Virus record (IMG/VR): IMGVR_UViG_3300043009_000039
Location: 1 to 64,000 of that record
Source of the DNA: a virus
Taxonomy: Duplodnaviria > Caudoviricetes
Strand: one strand, 5' to 3'
DNA length: 64,000 bases
Every line of letters starts with the position of its first letter. The stretch's first letter is position 1. The notes under the pieces are model-generated. The model did no database searches. It saw nothing but the letters and a program-made list of their open reading frames with translations, and was not told the origin of the DNA. The position numbers and the translations under genes are program-made. Shown in pieces: positions 30,346 to 38,892 of the stretch.

Positions 30346-30807
30346 TTATTTACGTTCCTTAATGATTGCCTTGCTGTCGCTCAGGTTGGTGACTTCCGAG
30401 TTGTATGCATATACCACGCAGTTGCTCGTGCCCGTTATTTTCACGGCGGAGTTGCAGAGGTATATCTCGCAGAGTCGGTTGACCTCTATTTCGCAATGGC
30501 TGTCAATAACCAGAACGACGGTAAATTCATTTTCAAAGTCATTCGTTCGGCAGTATATTGCAGAGGTGTAACCGTCTTTGTCGAAAACGCATCTGCCGTT
30601 TAGGAACTGTCCGAACTCTTTTTCTATGTAGTTCGAAGTTAGTCCCCATCCGTTGTAGATAGACTCCGCAATATACTGCAAGCCGCGAATGTTACAAGCC
30701 AAATCGAAGAGTTGCTTCTTCGACTTGGCCTTATCCCACTCTTCGCGCATGGAACAAATCCCGTGAAGAGCGGCTTTATGTCTGAAATCACGCAATTCGT
30801 CGTTCAT
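30346..30807 (-). CDS. Conserved Bacteroidetes phage protein usually found next to TMP/Dit
   Basis: MNDELRDFRHKAALHGIC..REEW N-terminus; a TAAGTTTG box (30812-30819) lies just upstream of the ATG. Confidence 0.5.
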   Translation of the reverse strand: MNDELRDFRHKAALHGICSMREEWDKAKSKKQLFDLACNIRGLQYIAESIYNGWGLTSNYIEKEFGQFLNGRCVFDKDGYTSAIYCRTNDFENEFTVVLVIDSHCEIEVNRLCEIYLCNSAVKITGTSNCVVYAYNSEVTNLSDSKAIIKERK

Positions 30808-30837
30808 GACACAAACTTACAAAATGTTTTTTAATTT

Positions 30838-31608
30838 TCAAATAGTATCTTCTTTTTCTACCGATTCAAAATCAGAGGAATGCGGAGCGACGTGTTCATC
30901 TTTCGGTCTGTTCTCTACGTGAGGTACTGACGCCCAATGCGTGAAGTGCGACGGAATCACGATGTCGTCGGCTTTAACGTCCAGCATCTCGGGTTCGCTC
31001 GTTTCGCTGTTGAAGAGAAAGACGTATTTCTCTTTGAACATGTTAAGTCTGCAAAAGTTAAGGATACGGCCCTCTTTATCTCTGTTAATCGGGTACCAGT
31101 TAACCTCTGTCGTTAAAGGGTTCGTGCTTGCACTTCTAATCCCGTTAAAACGAGGCTTCCAATGTGTGTAGCCCGAGTACTTCGTGTCCCCGTTCTTGAG
31201 TGCTGTTTCAGAGATAAAGGAATAGTCGGGACAAACATCCATTGTAGTGTTAATCCCTTCTTCGTCGGTGAGGATAACATGTCCTGCTTTATACATATCC
31301 TCCGCTGATTTTCTCGTTATTAAACCCTTCTCATTTCGTTCGATTGGCATCCAATCGTTTGACATCTTTTGTTTTTCCATACAGATTTGTTTTAATTTTA
31401 CTTCTTGATTGTACAATATGCAAGCCAAAATAAAGATGCAAGCTTCAATTATTACGAATTTTACCGAGCCTATATCGTTGTGTCCGGCTTTCTTTTCCAC
31501 GAAGTAGATATTCAGGCCCATTAAAGCCGAATAAAAGCTAAGGAACATGATTATGGCTAAAACCATTCTTGCATCATGATGGTTCATTGCCAAATATACG
31601 TTATTCAT
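30838..31608 (-). CDS. Hypothetical protein: N-terminal TM segments plus two W.PI..Y/FTHW (DUF551-like) repeats
   Basis: DWMPIER...YTHWKP and NWYPINR...FTHWAS repeats. Confidence 0.55.
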   Translation of the reverse strand: MNNVYLAMNHHDARMVLAIIMFLSFYSALMGLNIYFVEKKAGHNDIGSVKFVIIEACIFILACILYNQEVKLKQICMEKQKMSNDWMPIERNEKGLITRKSAEDMYKAGHVILTDEEGINTTMDVCPDYSFISETALKNGDTKYSGYTHWKPRFNGIRSASTNPLTTEVNWYPINRDKEGRILNFCRLNMFKEKYVFLFNSETSEPEMLDVKADDIVIPSHFTHWASVPHVENRPKDEHVAPHSSDFESVEKEDTI

Positions 31609-31609
31609 T

Positions 31610-31948
31610 TCATTTAGAATACAACGGCGACTTCATAACAAACGTATCGCCCTTATCGAATCGGTAGTATGTGTCGTCGCTTACTTCGGCTCTGAAAATA
31701 CGCCCCGTCCCGAGGTCTTTTACGACCATCACGTTGCGCGATTCCGTCTTATATCCGTTCGTCCACCAATTGTAGCCGCTGGATATTTCGGTAGTTTTCT
31801 CCACAACCTGATAGCGGTAGGTTCGGTCAGGCTGTCTGTAAGCGTAAACGCCTACTGCAATCGACGAAATTACCGCCGCTACCAAGTAAAACTTTTCGAA
31901 TTTATCCATATCAATGTCTTTTATGCCTTTCATTCCTTTTTTCTGCAC
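31610..31948 (-). CDS. Membrane-anchored hypothetical protein
   Basis: One N-terminal TM helix and a small beta domain. Confidence 0.6.
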   Translation of the reverse strand: MQKKGMKGIKDIDMDKFEKFYLVAAVISSIAVGVYAYRQPDRTYRYQVVEKTTEISSGYNWWTNGYKTESRNVMVVKDLGTGRIFRAEVSDDTYYRFDKGDTFVMKSPLYSK

Positions 31949-32129
31949 GCAATTCCTTCCAAATCTGCACTAAATTATATAAGCTGTATAAGCTCAATAG
32001 CGTAAAAAGCGAATAATAAGCCGCGCACAACGGAAAGGGCACATGACCCGCATAAATAAAGACGATGCAAAGAATGCACAGCACCGTGCAAATAGCACCA
32101 AGCAGAAAAACTACATCTAACCTTCTCAT
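31911..32129 (-). CDS. Small membrane protein
   Basis: 72 aa with two hydrophobic helices. Confidence 0.55.
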   Translation of the reverse strand: MRRLDVVFLLGAICTVLCILCIVFIYAGHVPFPLCAAYYSLFTLLSLYSLYNLVQIWKELRAEKRNERHKRH

Positions 32130-32392
32130 TTCTCTTCTGTTGTTTTAATATTGTCACTCATCCTTTTCAAGATTTCTTTATACGCTTTGTCACGACGCCT
32201 AATCGACCGTTTCATCTCATCGAATGTCATGCCGGGTCTTTCCAATTCCTCGACAAGCATTGCTTTTGCTCTTCGGACGAACCATTGCATCAAATCTCTC
32301 TTTTTGAGGTTGTATTCGATTACATCGTCAACTATTGTACTGAATATGCAGTACATTCCGTTTGGTTGTTTTACTACGAATATCGACATCAT
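32126..32392 (-). CDS. Hypothetical protein
   Basis: 88 aa, coupled ORF. Confidence 0.65.
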   Translation of the reverse strand: MMSIFVVKQPNGMYCIFSTIVDDVIEYNLKKRDLMQWFVRRAKAMLVEELERPGMTFDEMKRSIRRRDKAYKEILKRMSDNIKTTEEK

Positions 32393-32722
32393 TCACCTCC
32401 TTTTCGGTCTGTCGGGTAAAGGCATCCAATACAACACATCCTCGAAAATTGTAGATAATTCGTCGTCATTGGTATCCCAATAAACCTCACCTTCTTCGTT
32501 GCAGTAGTAGGCAACCGCTCTTGTGCCATACTTGTCAAACACAAGTACGTCTATGTGCTCCTGCGGTAGTTCATCTTTCACACTTATCCAAGTGCGATTG
32601 TCGTCCGCCCATTTTGCACCGTCGCAGAATCCTGCGCAATAAGCAGGTCTTAGCGAGCCGCCCCCTGCATTCAAATAGCCGTAATCAGTTGCGGCATCTT
32701 TAATTTGTTCTTCTCGTATCAT
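32393..32722 (-). CDS. DUF551-family protein
   Basis: WISVKDELP...VLYWMPLP motif. Confidence 0.75.
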   Translation of the reverse strand: MIREEQIKDAATDYGYLNAGGGSLRPAYCAGFCDGAKWADDNRTWISVKDELPQEHIDVLVFDKYGTRAVAYYCNEEGEVYWDTNDDELSTIFEDVLYWMPLPDRPKRR

Positions 32723-33131
32723 TGTTCTTTATTTTTATCGTCCTACTAATTGCTGAACACGCAGCCTCAAACGGGGTCGAACCGCGTCCGATTATTAGAC
32801 GTTGAGAACTGCCCCAATATGCAGCACAAGTCCAAACGCCCGAATCGCATTGCAGTTTTGGATTTTCCAACAGCCCAAGCAACGCCTCCAAGCTCCATGC
32901 GGAAATATACCCGTCCCATAACGCATCGAACACCTTTTCGGGATTACTGTTCAGTGTGTTCTTTAAACTCATTCGAATATCACTTAACAACATGGGCTTC
33001 TTGGCTATCAATTCATACCTCTTATCAGTATCAGAGCCGTATGGCTTGTAGTACATATCCGCCGTTTCGTGAGCCACGCCCAATTCAATCAGGCGTTGGC
33101 TCTGTTCGATTGTAGTTGCTATCTGTGTCAT
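32700..33131 (-). CDS. Hypothetical phage protein
   Basis: TTIEQSQRLIELGV..ETADMYY...AWSLEALLGLL pattern common in Bacteroidetes phages. Confidence 0.7.
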   Translation of the reverse strand: MTQIATTIEQSQRLIELGVAHETADMYYKPYGSDTDKRYELIAKKPMLLSDIRMSLKNTLNSNPEKVFDALWDGYISAWSLEALLGLLENPKLQCDSGVWTCAAYWGSSQRLIIGRGSTPFEAACSAISRTIKIKNNDTRRTN

Positions 33132-33137
33132 TGTCCT

Positions 33138-33446
33138 TTATTTATTTGCCATTTCATCCGCGACATCTCGTGCGACTTGCATTGCTTTCTCAATGTATTC
33201 GGGTGAGAATTTGACCATTGCATATGCAAGCGCATGTTGGAGAATCGAATCGGCAATATCTTCATCCTGCATCATCAGGTCACGAACACAAGCGCCTACT
33301 TCCAATAATTTGCCGCCATAACTTGTTGTTACGATTTTTGACTGCAAGTCGCGGAAAACGGCGATTACTGTACGGTTCTGAGCATCTTTTTTACTCCATG
33401 CCTCTATTTTATTGACAATAGGCTGAATTTCAGATGGTTCTCTCAT
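33138..33446 (-). CDS. Hypothetical protein
   Basis: 102 aa, coupled ORF. Confidence 0.6.
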   Translation of the reverse strand: MREPSEIQPIVNKIEAWSKKDAQNRTVIAVFRDLQSKIVTTSYGGKLLEVGACVRDLMMQDEDIADSILQHALAYAMVKFSPEYIEKAMQVARDVADEMANK

Positions 33447-33999
33447 TGCTTTGTTCTTTATTTAGTTTATTCATTGGCTCGCCATATATGGCAACAAACT
33501 CCTCGACGTCCATGTAGTCGATGCCGAAGTTCTGCGCGGTCTTTAAGTCCGTGTCCGAATACTGCCCCTCCTTGCCCGAAGCATCGCAAATCATCAGGCA
33601 TTCCGACTTGGCAAGAGGCTTGCCGATGTAAGGGCCGCCAAAGACTTTGTATAGCTCCTCGAGCATCCTCGTGTTCGGCTTTCGGTACGGATTGCTTGGA
33701 TATTCATTGTCGCAGTATCTGTAACAAACCATACCGAATATGTCGAGATAGTCCTCCAATGCGGCTTCAACGTAGTCTATCTTATGGTTGAAATACGTTT
33801 GCCTGACGTATCCTGCCTGAATGCCGCCTTGGTTTGATACGATGCCCACAAAGTCGGGGTTGAATCGTTTGATTGCCTCGAATACTTCAAGTCTCAACTC
33901 CATGTCCCATACTCCTTTCGGGAATGTCTTGCCGCTTCGGGTCTTGATAAGTGTTCCGTCGAGGTCGCAGAACAGCAACTTATAATGTCTCATATCCAT
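33430..33999 (-). CDS. HAD-IIIA phosphatase, polynucleotide 3'-phosphatase-like
   Basis: DLDGTLIKT..SGKTF motif I, RKPNTRML motif III, MICDASG...SDTD motif IV. Confidence 0.8.
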   Translation of the reverse strand: MDMRHYKLLFCDLDGTLIKTRSGKTFPKGVWDMELRLEVFEAIKRFNPDFVGIVSNQGGIQAGYVRQTYFNHKIDYVEAALEDYLDIFGMVCYRYCDNEYPSNPYRKPNTRMLEELYKVFGGPYIGKPLAKSECLMICDASGKEGQYSDTDLKTAQNFGIDYMDVEEFVAIYGEPMNKLNKEQSNERTI

Positions 34000-34189
34000 T
34001 TAATGTTTCAGGCCAACAGCCTTCAATTAATACTCCATCTTCGTCATTAAGATGGAAAGGTCTTACTTTCTTCACCTCTTCGTAAAATTCGAATGAAGAA
34101 GTCATAACCTTTACATCTGTGTCTATCCCTTTGCTCTTGAGTTCATCGCGTATCTCTTCGAGCTTGGCGATTAGTTCGTTCAGTGTCAT
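33980..34189 (-). CDS. Hypothetical protein
   Basis: 69 aa, coupled ORF. Confidence 0.6.
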   Translation of the reverse strand: MTLNELIAKLEEIRDELKSKGIDTDVKVMTSSFEFYEEVKKVRPFHLNDEDGVLIEGCWPETLNGYETL

Positions 34190-34650
34190 TCGTCGTCGTC
34201 CTCCAATATCAGTTTCATCCTGCGCGGGCTGTTTTCAAATGTCAGGTTGGGGAAAAAGAAACCGTATTCCTCGAGCACCCCGGTCGCCCCGCTCTCGGGG
34301 GAGTACCACGATTCATCGTCGGTGTCCTCGCAATACCTGCCGTACTGCGGGCGGTCTTCCGACAAAAGGAGCACCCCGTCCTTTCCCCTCGCCGCCCACA
34401 CTTCAACGGCGTGCTTCTCGTACACTCTCTCGGCGTACTCCACGCCGTCGAGGAACGCTTCGTTGATACGACCACGCCACTTGTAGCGGGTGGGGACGGT
34501 AGGGTCGGCGAGCATTTCTTTAATTTCGAGTTCTTTCATTTGAAACCTCCTTTCAGCGTCTATTTTGTTGTACTTAACTTCATCATCTGCTTCGTTAAGA
34601 CTGTAGGCATTAAGGGCTTCCACCCATTTAATAAATTCTTCTACTTTCAT
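34186..34650 (-). CDS. Hypothetical protein
   Basis: Likely start MKVEEFIKW at 34650. Confidence 0.6.
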   Translation of the reverse strand: MKVEEFIKWVEALNAYSLNEADDEVKYNKIDAERRFQMKELEIKEMLADPTVPTRYKWRGRINEAFLDGVEYAERVYEKHAVEVWAARGKDGVLLLSEDRPQYGRYCEDTDDESWYSPESGATGVLEEYGFFFPNLTFENSPRRMKLILEDDDE

Positions 34651-34682
34651 ATTATTCCGTTCATTATCTTCTTCTTCACGTC

Positions 34683-35216
34683 TTAGTCTATCAGTTCGGG
34701 ACTGTCGTGAATGTTGCCGATGACATACGGTGTCAAGAAATGATTCCACGTCAGATACGGGTATTTGTCTTGTATGTCTTTATAGTTGTCATCCCATAGC
34801 TCCCAAAAAAGTTCCTCCATGTTGTCGGAATGAATACCGTTCGAGTCTGGCTCCCATAAGTCTTTAAACGCAAGGGGAAAGTGGTCTTTGTCAGTATTAA
34901 AAGAGCCATAGCTAAACTCTACTACAGACGCGGTTCGCTCTATGTCGTATTCTTCGACTTCCACATTAGGCGGCGGGTAATTACCGACTTGTCGGTTTGA
35001 CTGGGAAATCGAGAACGTTTCGACTATATCGCCCTCGTAAATCTCGTAGCCGTAGACGTCATGAAGCCCCGTGAATTGGCCGACGGTTTCAGGATAGACA
35101 GTACATGGCCGACCGTTGGGCGATGAAATAATATTGCAACCACCATTGTACGTTACGAGGCTTCCCTTTATCCATTTGCCGTACTTATTCTTGCCCCTAA
35201 ACTTAATCTGTCTCAT
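34683..35216 (-). CDS. YopX-family protein (copy 2)
   Basis: MRQIKFRGK...VYPETVGQFTGLHD.YG.EIYEGDIV...VIGNIHD. Confidence 0.85.
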   Translation of the reverse strand: MRQIKFRGKNKYGKWIKGSLVTYNGGCNIISSPNGRPCTVYPETVGQFTGLHDVYGYEIYEGDIVETFSISQSNRQVGNYPPPNVEVEEYDIERTASVVEFSYGSFNTDKDHFPLAFKDLWEPDSNGIHSDNMEELFWELWDDNYKDIQDKYPYLTWNHFLTPYVIGNIHDSPELID

Positions 35217-35640
35217 TTTCTTCCTCCTCTTCTTTCTGATAGTCGGTGCTGTCAAGTCCGTACCCAACCTCTCTGAATCTCGGATTGTCGTGGATGTTGC
35301 CGACTACTTTATACGGCCATGAGTTTAACTCAACGCTAAGTATATCTATGCAATTGATTGATTGGTCGGATGGGTCAACAAGACGGTACGCAGCGTCTTT
35401 ATCATCCCAATAAACCATCATTCTTGAATTAGGATAGTCCTTGGAAAATAGCACATCACCCTCATAAATCTCCTTACCGTCGATGTCGTATAATCCCGTG
35501 AACATACCTACCGTTTCGGAATAGACCGGATGAAACTCGGTTGGTCTTGTCACGATTGAAGATGTCGTCTTGAATGTAAAGAGGCTTCCGTAAAACCATT
35601 GTCCGTCAATGCCTTTCCCTCTAAATTTAATTTCTCTCAT
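35203..35640 (-). CDS. YopX-family protein (copy 1)
   Basis: MREIKFRGK...ETVGMFTGLYDIDGKEIYEGD...VVGNIHDNP. Confidence 0.85.
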   Translation of the reverse strand: MREIKFRGKGIDGQWFYGSLFTFKTTSSIVTRPTEFHPVYSETVGMFTGLYDIDGKEIYEGDVLFSKDYPNSRMMVYWDDKDAAYRLVDPSDQSINCIDILSVELNSWPYKVVGNIHDNPRFREVGYGLDSTDYQKEEEEENETD

Positions 35641-35995
35641 TGCTCTCGTTTTTAGCGTTCTTTTTTGCTTGTACTCTTGCCGTAATTATATCTCCCAATA
35701 AGGTAGCCGTAGACTTTTTTATCCGCTTGTGAAAACCCCTGACGGGATTAATTTCTATCGCTGACCGCTTGATAAGGTTGATAATTATTGCTGCGGCTTC
35801 TTCGTTGCTTCTCATCAGCCCAATAATCAATGCGGCTGTACTCTCGGGTGTGCCGTCTGTGAGTGTGGCAACCATTTTTGATTCCATATCGATAACTGCG
35901 GCGACGGCATATAGGTTCTCATCAGGCTTGGTGCGTTTTTCGATGTCGGCGATTATTTCCTTTGCCGTTTCAAGTGACGTTTTTGTTTCTTCCAT
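35627..35995 (-). CDS. Hypothetical protein
   Basis: 122 aa, coupled ORF. Confidence 0.6.
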   Translation of the reverse strand: MEETKTSLETAKEIIADIEKRTKPDENLYAVAAVIDMESKMVATLTDGTPESTAALIIGLMRSNEEAAAIIINLIKRSAIEINPVRGFHKRIKKSTATLLGDIITARVQAKKNAKNESNERN

Positions 35996-35998
35996 AGC

Positions 35999-36259
35999 TT
36001 ATAATGTTTCAAGTTCCTTTTCAATTGCGAGTTTTCTCTGCTCGAACATCTTCTTAATCTCGGGAATAAACTCGTGGTATGCTTCCCATTCAATGTCGGA
36101 ATAACTGTCTTTCGCCGTACGTCCGTTTAAGTCCCATACACCTCTGACAGCCGTTGTGACGGCGCACTTGTCGTTGACATTGAACACTTTGATTATACGT
36201 TCTACCTTATTCAACTCGGCTATCAGATTTTTTACCTTTTCAATGTTGTCTAAATTCAT
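35999..36259 (-). CDS. Hypothetical protein
   Basis: 86 aa. Confidence 0.6.
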   Translation of the reverse strand: MNLDNIEKVKNLIAELNKVERIIKVFNVNDKCAVTTAVRGVWDLNGRTAKDSYSDIEWEAYHEFIPEIKKMFEQRKLAIEKELETL

Positions 36260-36271
36260 TTTCTTTGCGTT

Positions 36272-36451
36272 TTATTCATCATCATGCTTTGCTTTCAAGA
36301 CCAGCGATGCGGGCGTCACGGTGTAGAATCCGTCAAACGTTGCCTCCTCGCGGTCAATCTCGATGTCGTGGAGCATTCCGTCCTCTCCGAGTACGAATAC
36401 CTCCTCTTCCTCCTCATTCAACAGTGCGTCGATTAATTCCTGCTTGTTCAT
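36272..36451 (-). CDS. Small acidic protein (59 aa, MNKQELIDALLNEEEEEVF...), below the ORF-track cutoff
   Basis: Translated by hand; fills the gap between two coupled genes. Confidence 0.6.
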   Translation of the reverse strand: MNKQELIDALLNEEEEEVFVLGEDGMLHDIEIDREEATFDGFYTVTPASLVLKAKHDDE

Positions 36452-36452
36452 A

Positions 36453-36740
36453 TCATTTGGTTCTAAGAATAGTTCCTCTCGCTTGTTTTATCTCTTCGAA
36501 GCTCATTCTCTGCAAGTCCGTCAACGACCCCTCGCCTACCGTTCCTTTCGGGTCGGGCATGACGAGAAGATACATCTCGTGGTACTTGTCAAGCTCGTCG
36601 TCGTGCTTGTAAATCAGGTAGACCGTGCAGGGGCCTACGTGACCGATTGTTTCCAAGAAGCGCACCTTTGACTTGAATCTTTTCAGGCAGAAGTCCTGCA
36701 ACTGTTTGTCGCCCTCAATCCATAGGAAGCTGTAAAACAT
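36453..36740 (-). CDS. Hypothetical protein
   Basis: 95 aa. Confidence 0.55.
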   Translation of the reverse strand: MFYSFLWIEGDKQLQDFCLKRFKSKVRFLETIGHVGPCTVYLIYKHDDELDKYHEMYLLVMPDPKGTVGEGSLTDLQRMSFEEIKQARGTILRTK

Positions 36741-37041
36741 TGTCTTTGAGTTTTTCGTTTATAATCTTTTTCATATCGCTCGGGGAGCTTATATAGTATG
36801 CAAAAGCCGCGATAACTTGAAGAAACTTTTCTCGTCCGAGCTTTTTGTACAGCGGTATAAAGCGCTCGTCAATCAAATCGTGCGGCTCTGATTCGGCTAC
36901 ACCCAAGACTTTTTTACCGTTCTTGTCTACGAGCGTGTAAACTTTGCCGTTGATTTTAACCGAGCCGTAGTATCGGGCCAACGAGAGATGGCCGTTTGAC
37001 CACAGCTCTTTAGGGTAGAGTATGTTCACTGTTTGTGCCAT
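36715..37041 (-). CDS. Hypothetical protein
   Basis: 108 aa; WSNGHLSLARYYGSVKING motif seen in Bacteroidetes phages. Confidence 0.65.
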   Translation of the reverse strand: MAQTVNILYPKELWSNGHLSLARYYGSVKINGKVYTLVDKNGKKVLGVAESEPHDLIDERFIPLYKKLGREKFLQVIAAFAYYISSPSDMKKIINEKLKDNVLQLPMD

Positions 37042-37270
37042 TTTGTTTAAAGATTAACTGTTCCAATTGTTCATCGTGTTTTTGACTCGACTGATAGATG
37101 CCTATGCAAGCCGCTGTAAGGCCGAAGAGCCATATCAGGACTATGCCTATTAGGAATGTGTGAGTAACGCAGTAGCGGGCGAGTCCGCCGTACATTCCCA
37201 CTTCATCTTTTTCAATCATGGCTTGGGCCATATAGTCGGCCAATAACTCTTCATTGTTTCTCTCTTTCAT
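37010..37270 (-). CDS. Small membrane protein
   Basis: One long hydrophobic segment. Confidence 0.55.
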   Translation of the reverse strand: MKERNNEELLADYMAQAMIEKDEVGMYGGLARYCVTHTFLIGIVLIWLFGLTAACIGIYQSSQKHDEQLEQLIFKQNGTNSEHTLP

Positions 37271-37274
37271 GACG

Positions 37275-37514
37275 TTAATTCGGGTTCTTCTTTATGTTTA
37301 CAAATTTTACGGGTACGCGGTCGGCTCTAAGATGTGCCGCGCACAGATATGGTGCTGTTTTAGGGTTACATGCATCCATGCTCGACGCTTCACGATTGAA
37401 GAAGTGGCATCCGATACATGATTCGCTGTGATATACGACAGCGGGTTTAACTTTCAATTTTGTACCGTCGGGATGTTCGATAATCTCCCCGATGGCGTAA
37501 TAAGGTTGGCTCAT
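37275..37514 (-). CDS. Small Cys-containing (possible Zn-binding) protein
   Basis: CIGCHF...C.....C motif. Confidence 0.55.
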   Translation of the reverse strand: MSQPYYAIGEIIEHPDGTKLKVKPAVVYHSESCIGCHFFNREASSMDACNPKTAPYLCAAHLRADRVPVKFVNIKKNPN

Positions 37515-38185
37515 GCTTTTGGTAAATCAAGTTCATATTCTTTCTCCACGGCGTCGATTACGGGCATTACGTACTCGGGATTGGTCATCTTCGAGGCAAC
37601 CGCTTTGATTGCTTCCACCACCTTGGGGTCGTTCGGCAAATCGGGGCAGATGCCTATCTGCGGAATCAGCTCGTCGCGTAGAAAGCCGTACTGCGTCATG
37701 ATTCCCTGCGGTGCAATCAGTTGGGCGTCCTTGCACATCGGCATGACTCTCTCGGCAATCGCACAAGCCGCACAGCCGAAAACGGCTGTTGTTTCAATCA
37801 GCACGTGCAGGTCGACGTATTGCGCCTTGCTCTCCACGAGATATGTCCTGATAGAATCCTCGAGGTGTTTCACCTCCTCTTCAAGCATGTCCTCTATCCC
37901 CGAAGCGGCATCTGCGAAAGCCGAGCAGTTGTACAGCGACTTGTTCAGTACCTTTTGAAGGAATGCAACCTGCTCCTTGACTTTCTTGGCGAGCAGCTTC
38001 ACCTTGTGGCGGTAGAGGTTCTTGTCGGCTTCAAGGGCCGCAAAAACGTCGCATATGTGCGAGAAGAAGATGTCGGTGCAGAATGCCGCAATGGTCATGT
38101 ACTCGTAATCGTTCCGTGGCTTTGCCTGCAACATCGCGGCGTAGTTGCGCGGTCGCATGGCATTTATCATTTGTTTTGCTTCCAT
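37511..38185 (-). CDS. Hypothetical protein, 224 aa
   Basis: Long ORF coupled to the initiator gene. Confidence 0.7.
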   Translation of the reverse strand: MEAKQMINAMRPRNYAAMLQAKPRNDYEYMTIAAFCTDIFFSHICDVFAALEADKNLYRHKVKLLAKKVKEQVAFLQKVLNKSLYNCSAFADAASGIEDMLEEEVKHLEDSIRTYLVESKAQYVDLHVLIETTAVFGCAACAIAERVMPMCKDAQLIAPQGIMTQYGFLRDELIPQIGICPDLPNDPKVVEAIKAVASKMTNPEYVMPVIDAVEKEYELDLPKA

Positions 38186-38874
38186 TACTTGTAAATATCG
38201 TCTTGTTGATTGGAACCGCCAACTTCGGTCGTTGTCCCTTTCATGATGTTATCGTATGCCTGACGTTCGAAGAAGTCCTTGCAGTAGTGACCTTCGAGAA
38301 CCTTCGTCACGTTGTTTGCGTCGCGGCAGAGCCAATCGAAGGTGCAAGACCAGTTCGTTGTGCGTCCCTGAAGGAAACCGCTCGCGGCGATAATCTTAAA
38401 CGCCTTTATAAGCCCGTCTACGGAGATGTCTGCGTTGGCCATCATAGTTCTAAGCTTCTGCTTTCTCTTGGGCGTAAAGCGTGTGATAGGCGGCAAATTC
38501 GGGTTGATTAAGCCCCACTGTTCGGCGATGTAATCGTAGTCGACCGTGAACTTCGGCTTCTCTTCGATTTTCGCCGCTTTGCCCGAGCCTGAATAAGACT
38601 CCTTGTAAAGCAGCGCTTTCATGACAACCTGCCCGTTCTCGTTGTACGAGGTTTCAATGGCTCCTTTCTCTTGGAGCGATACGATAAGTTCTTTTGCCTC
38701 CTTGTCCGTCACGCCCATTGAAAGTGCAAGCATGTGCGGCGTCATGACAACGCCCGTCGGGTCGGGAGAATAGCTGTCTATCTCGACAAGAGCAAACTTT
38801 TCGGGGATGGTCAGCTCCGTGGTATTCTCCCACAAAGAAAGCGGGATAACGATAAATTGGTGATTTCTTTTCAT
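38185..38874 (-). CDS. Replication initiator (replisome organiser-like)
   Basis: N-terminal winged-helix-like region and C-terminal FLQG...WSCTFDWL...KVLEGHY domain; next to the beta clamp. Confidence 0.65.
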   Translation of the reverse strand: MKRNHQFIVIPLSLWENTTELTIPEKFALVEIDSYSPDPTGVVMTPHMLALSMGVTDKEAKELIVSLQEKGAIETSYNENGQVVMKALLYKESYSGSGKAAKIEEKPKFTVDYDYIAEQWGLINPNLPPITRFTPKRKQKLRTMMANADISVDGLIKAFKIIAASGFLQGRTTNWSCTFDWLCRDANNVTKVLEGHYCKDFFERQAYDNIMKGTTTEVGGSNQQDDIYK

Positions 38875-38892
38875 TTCAGATATTTATTGGTT

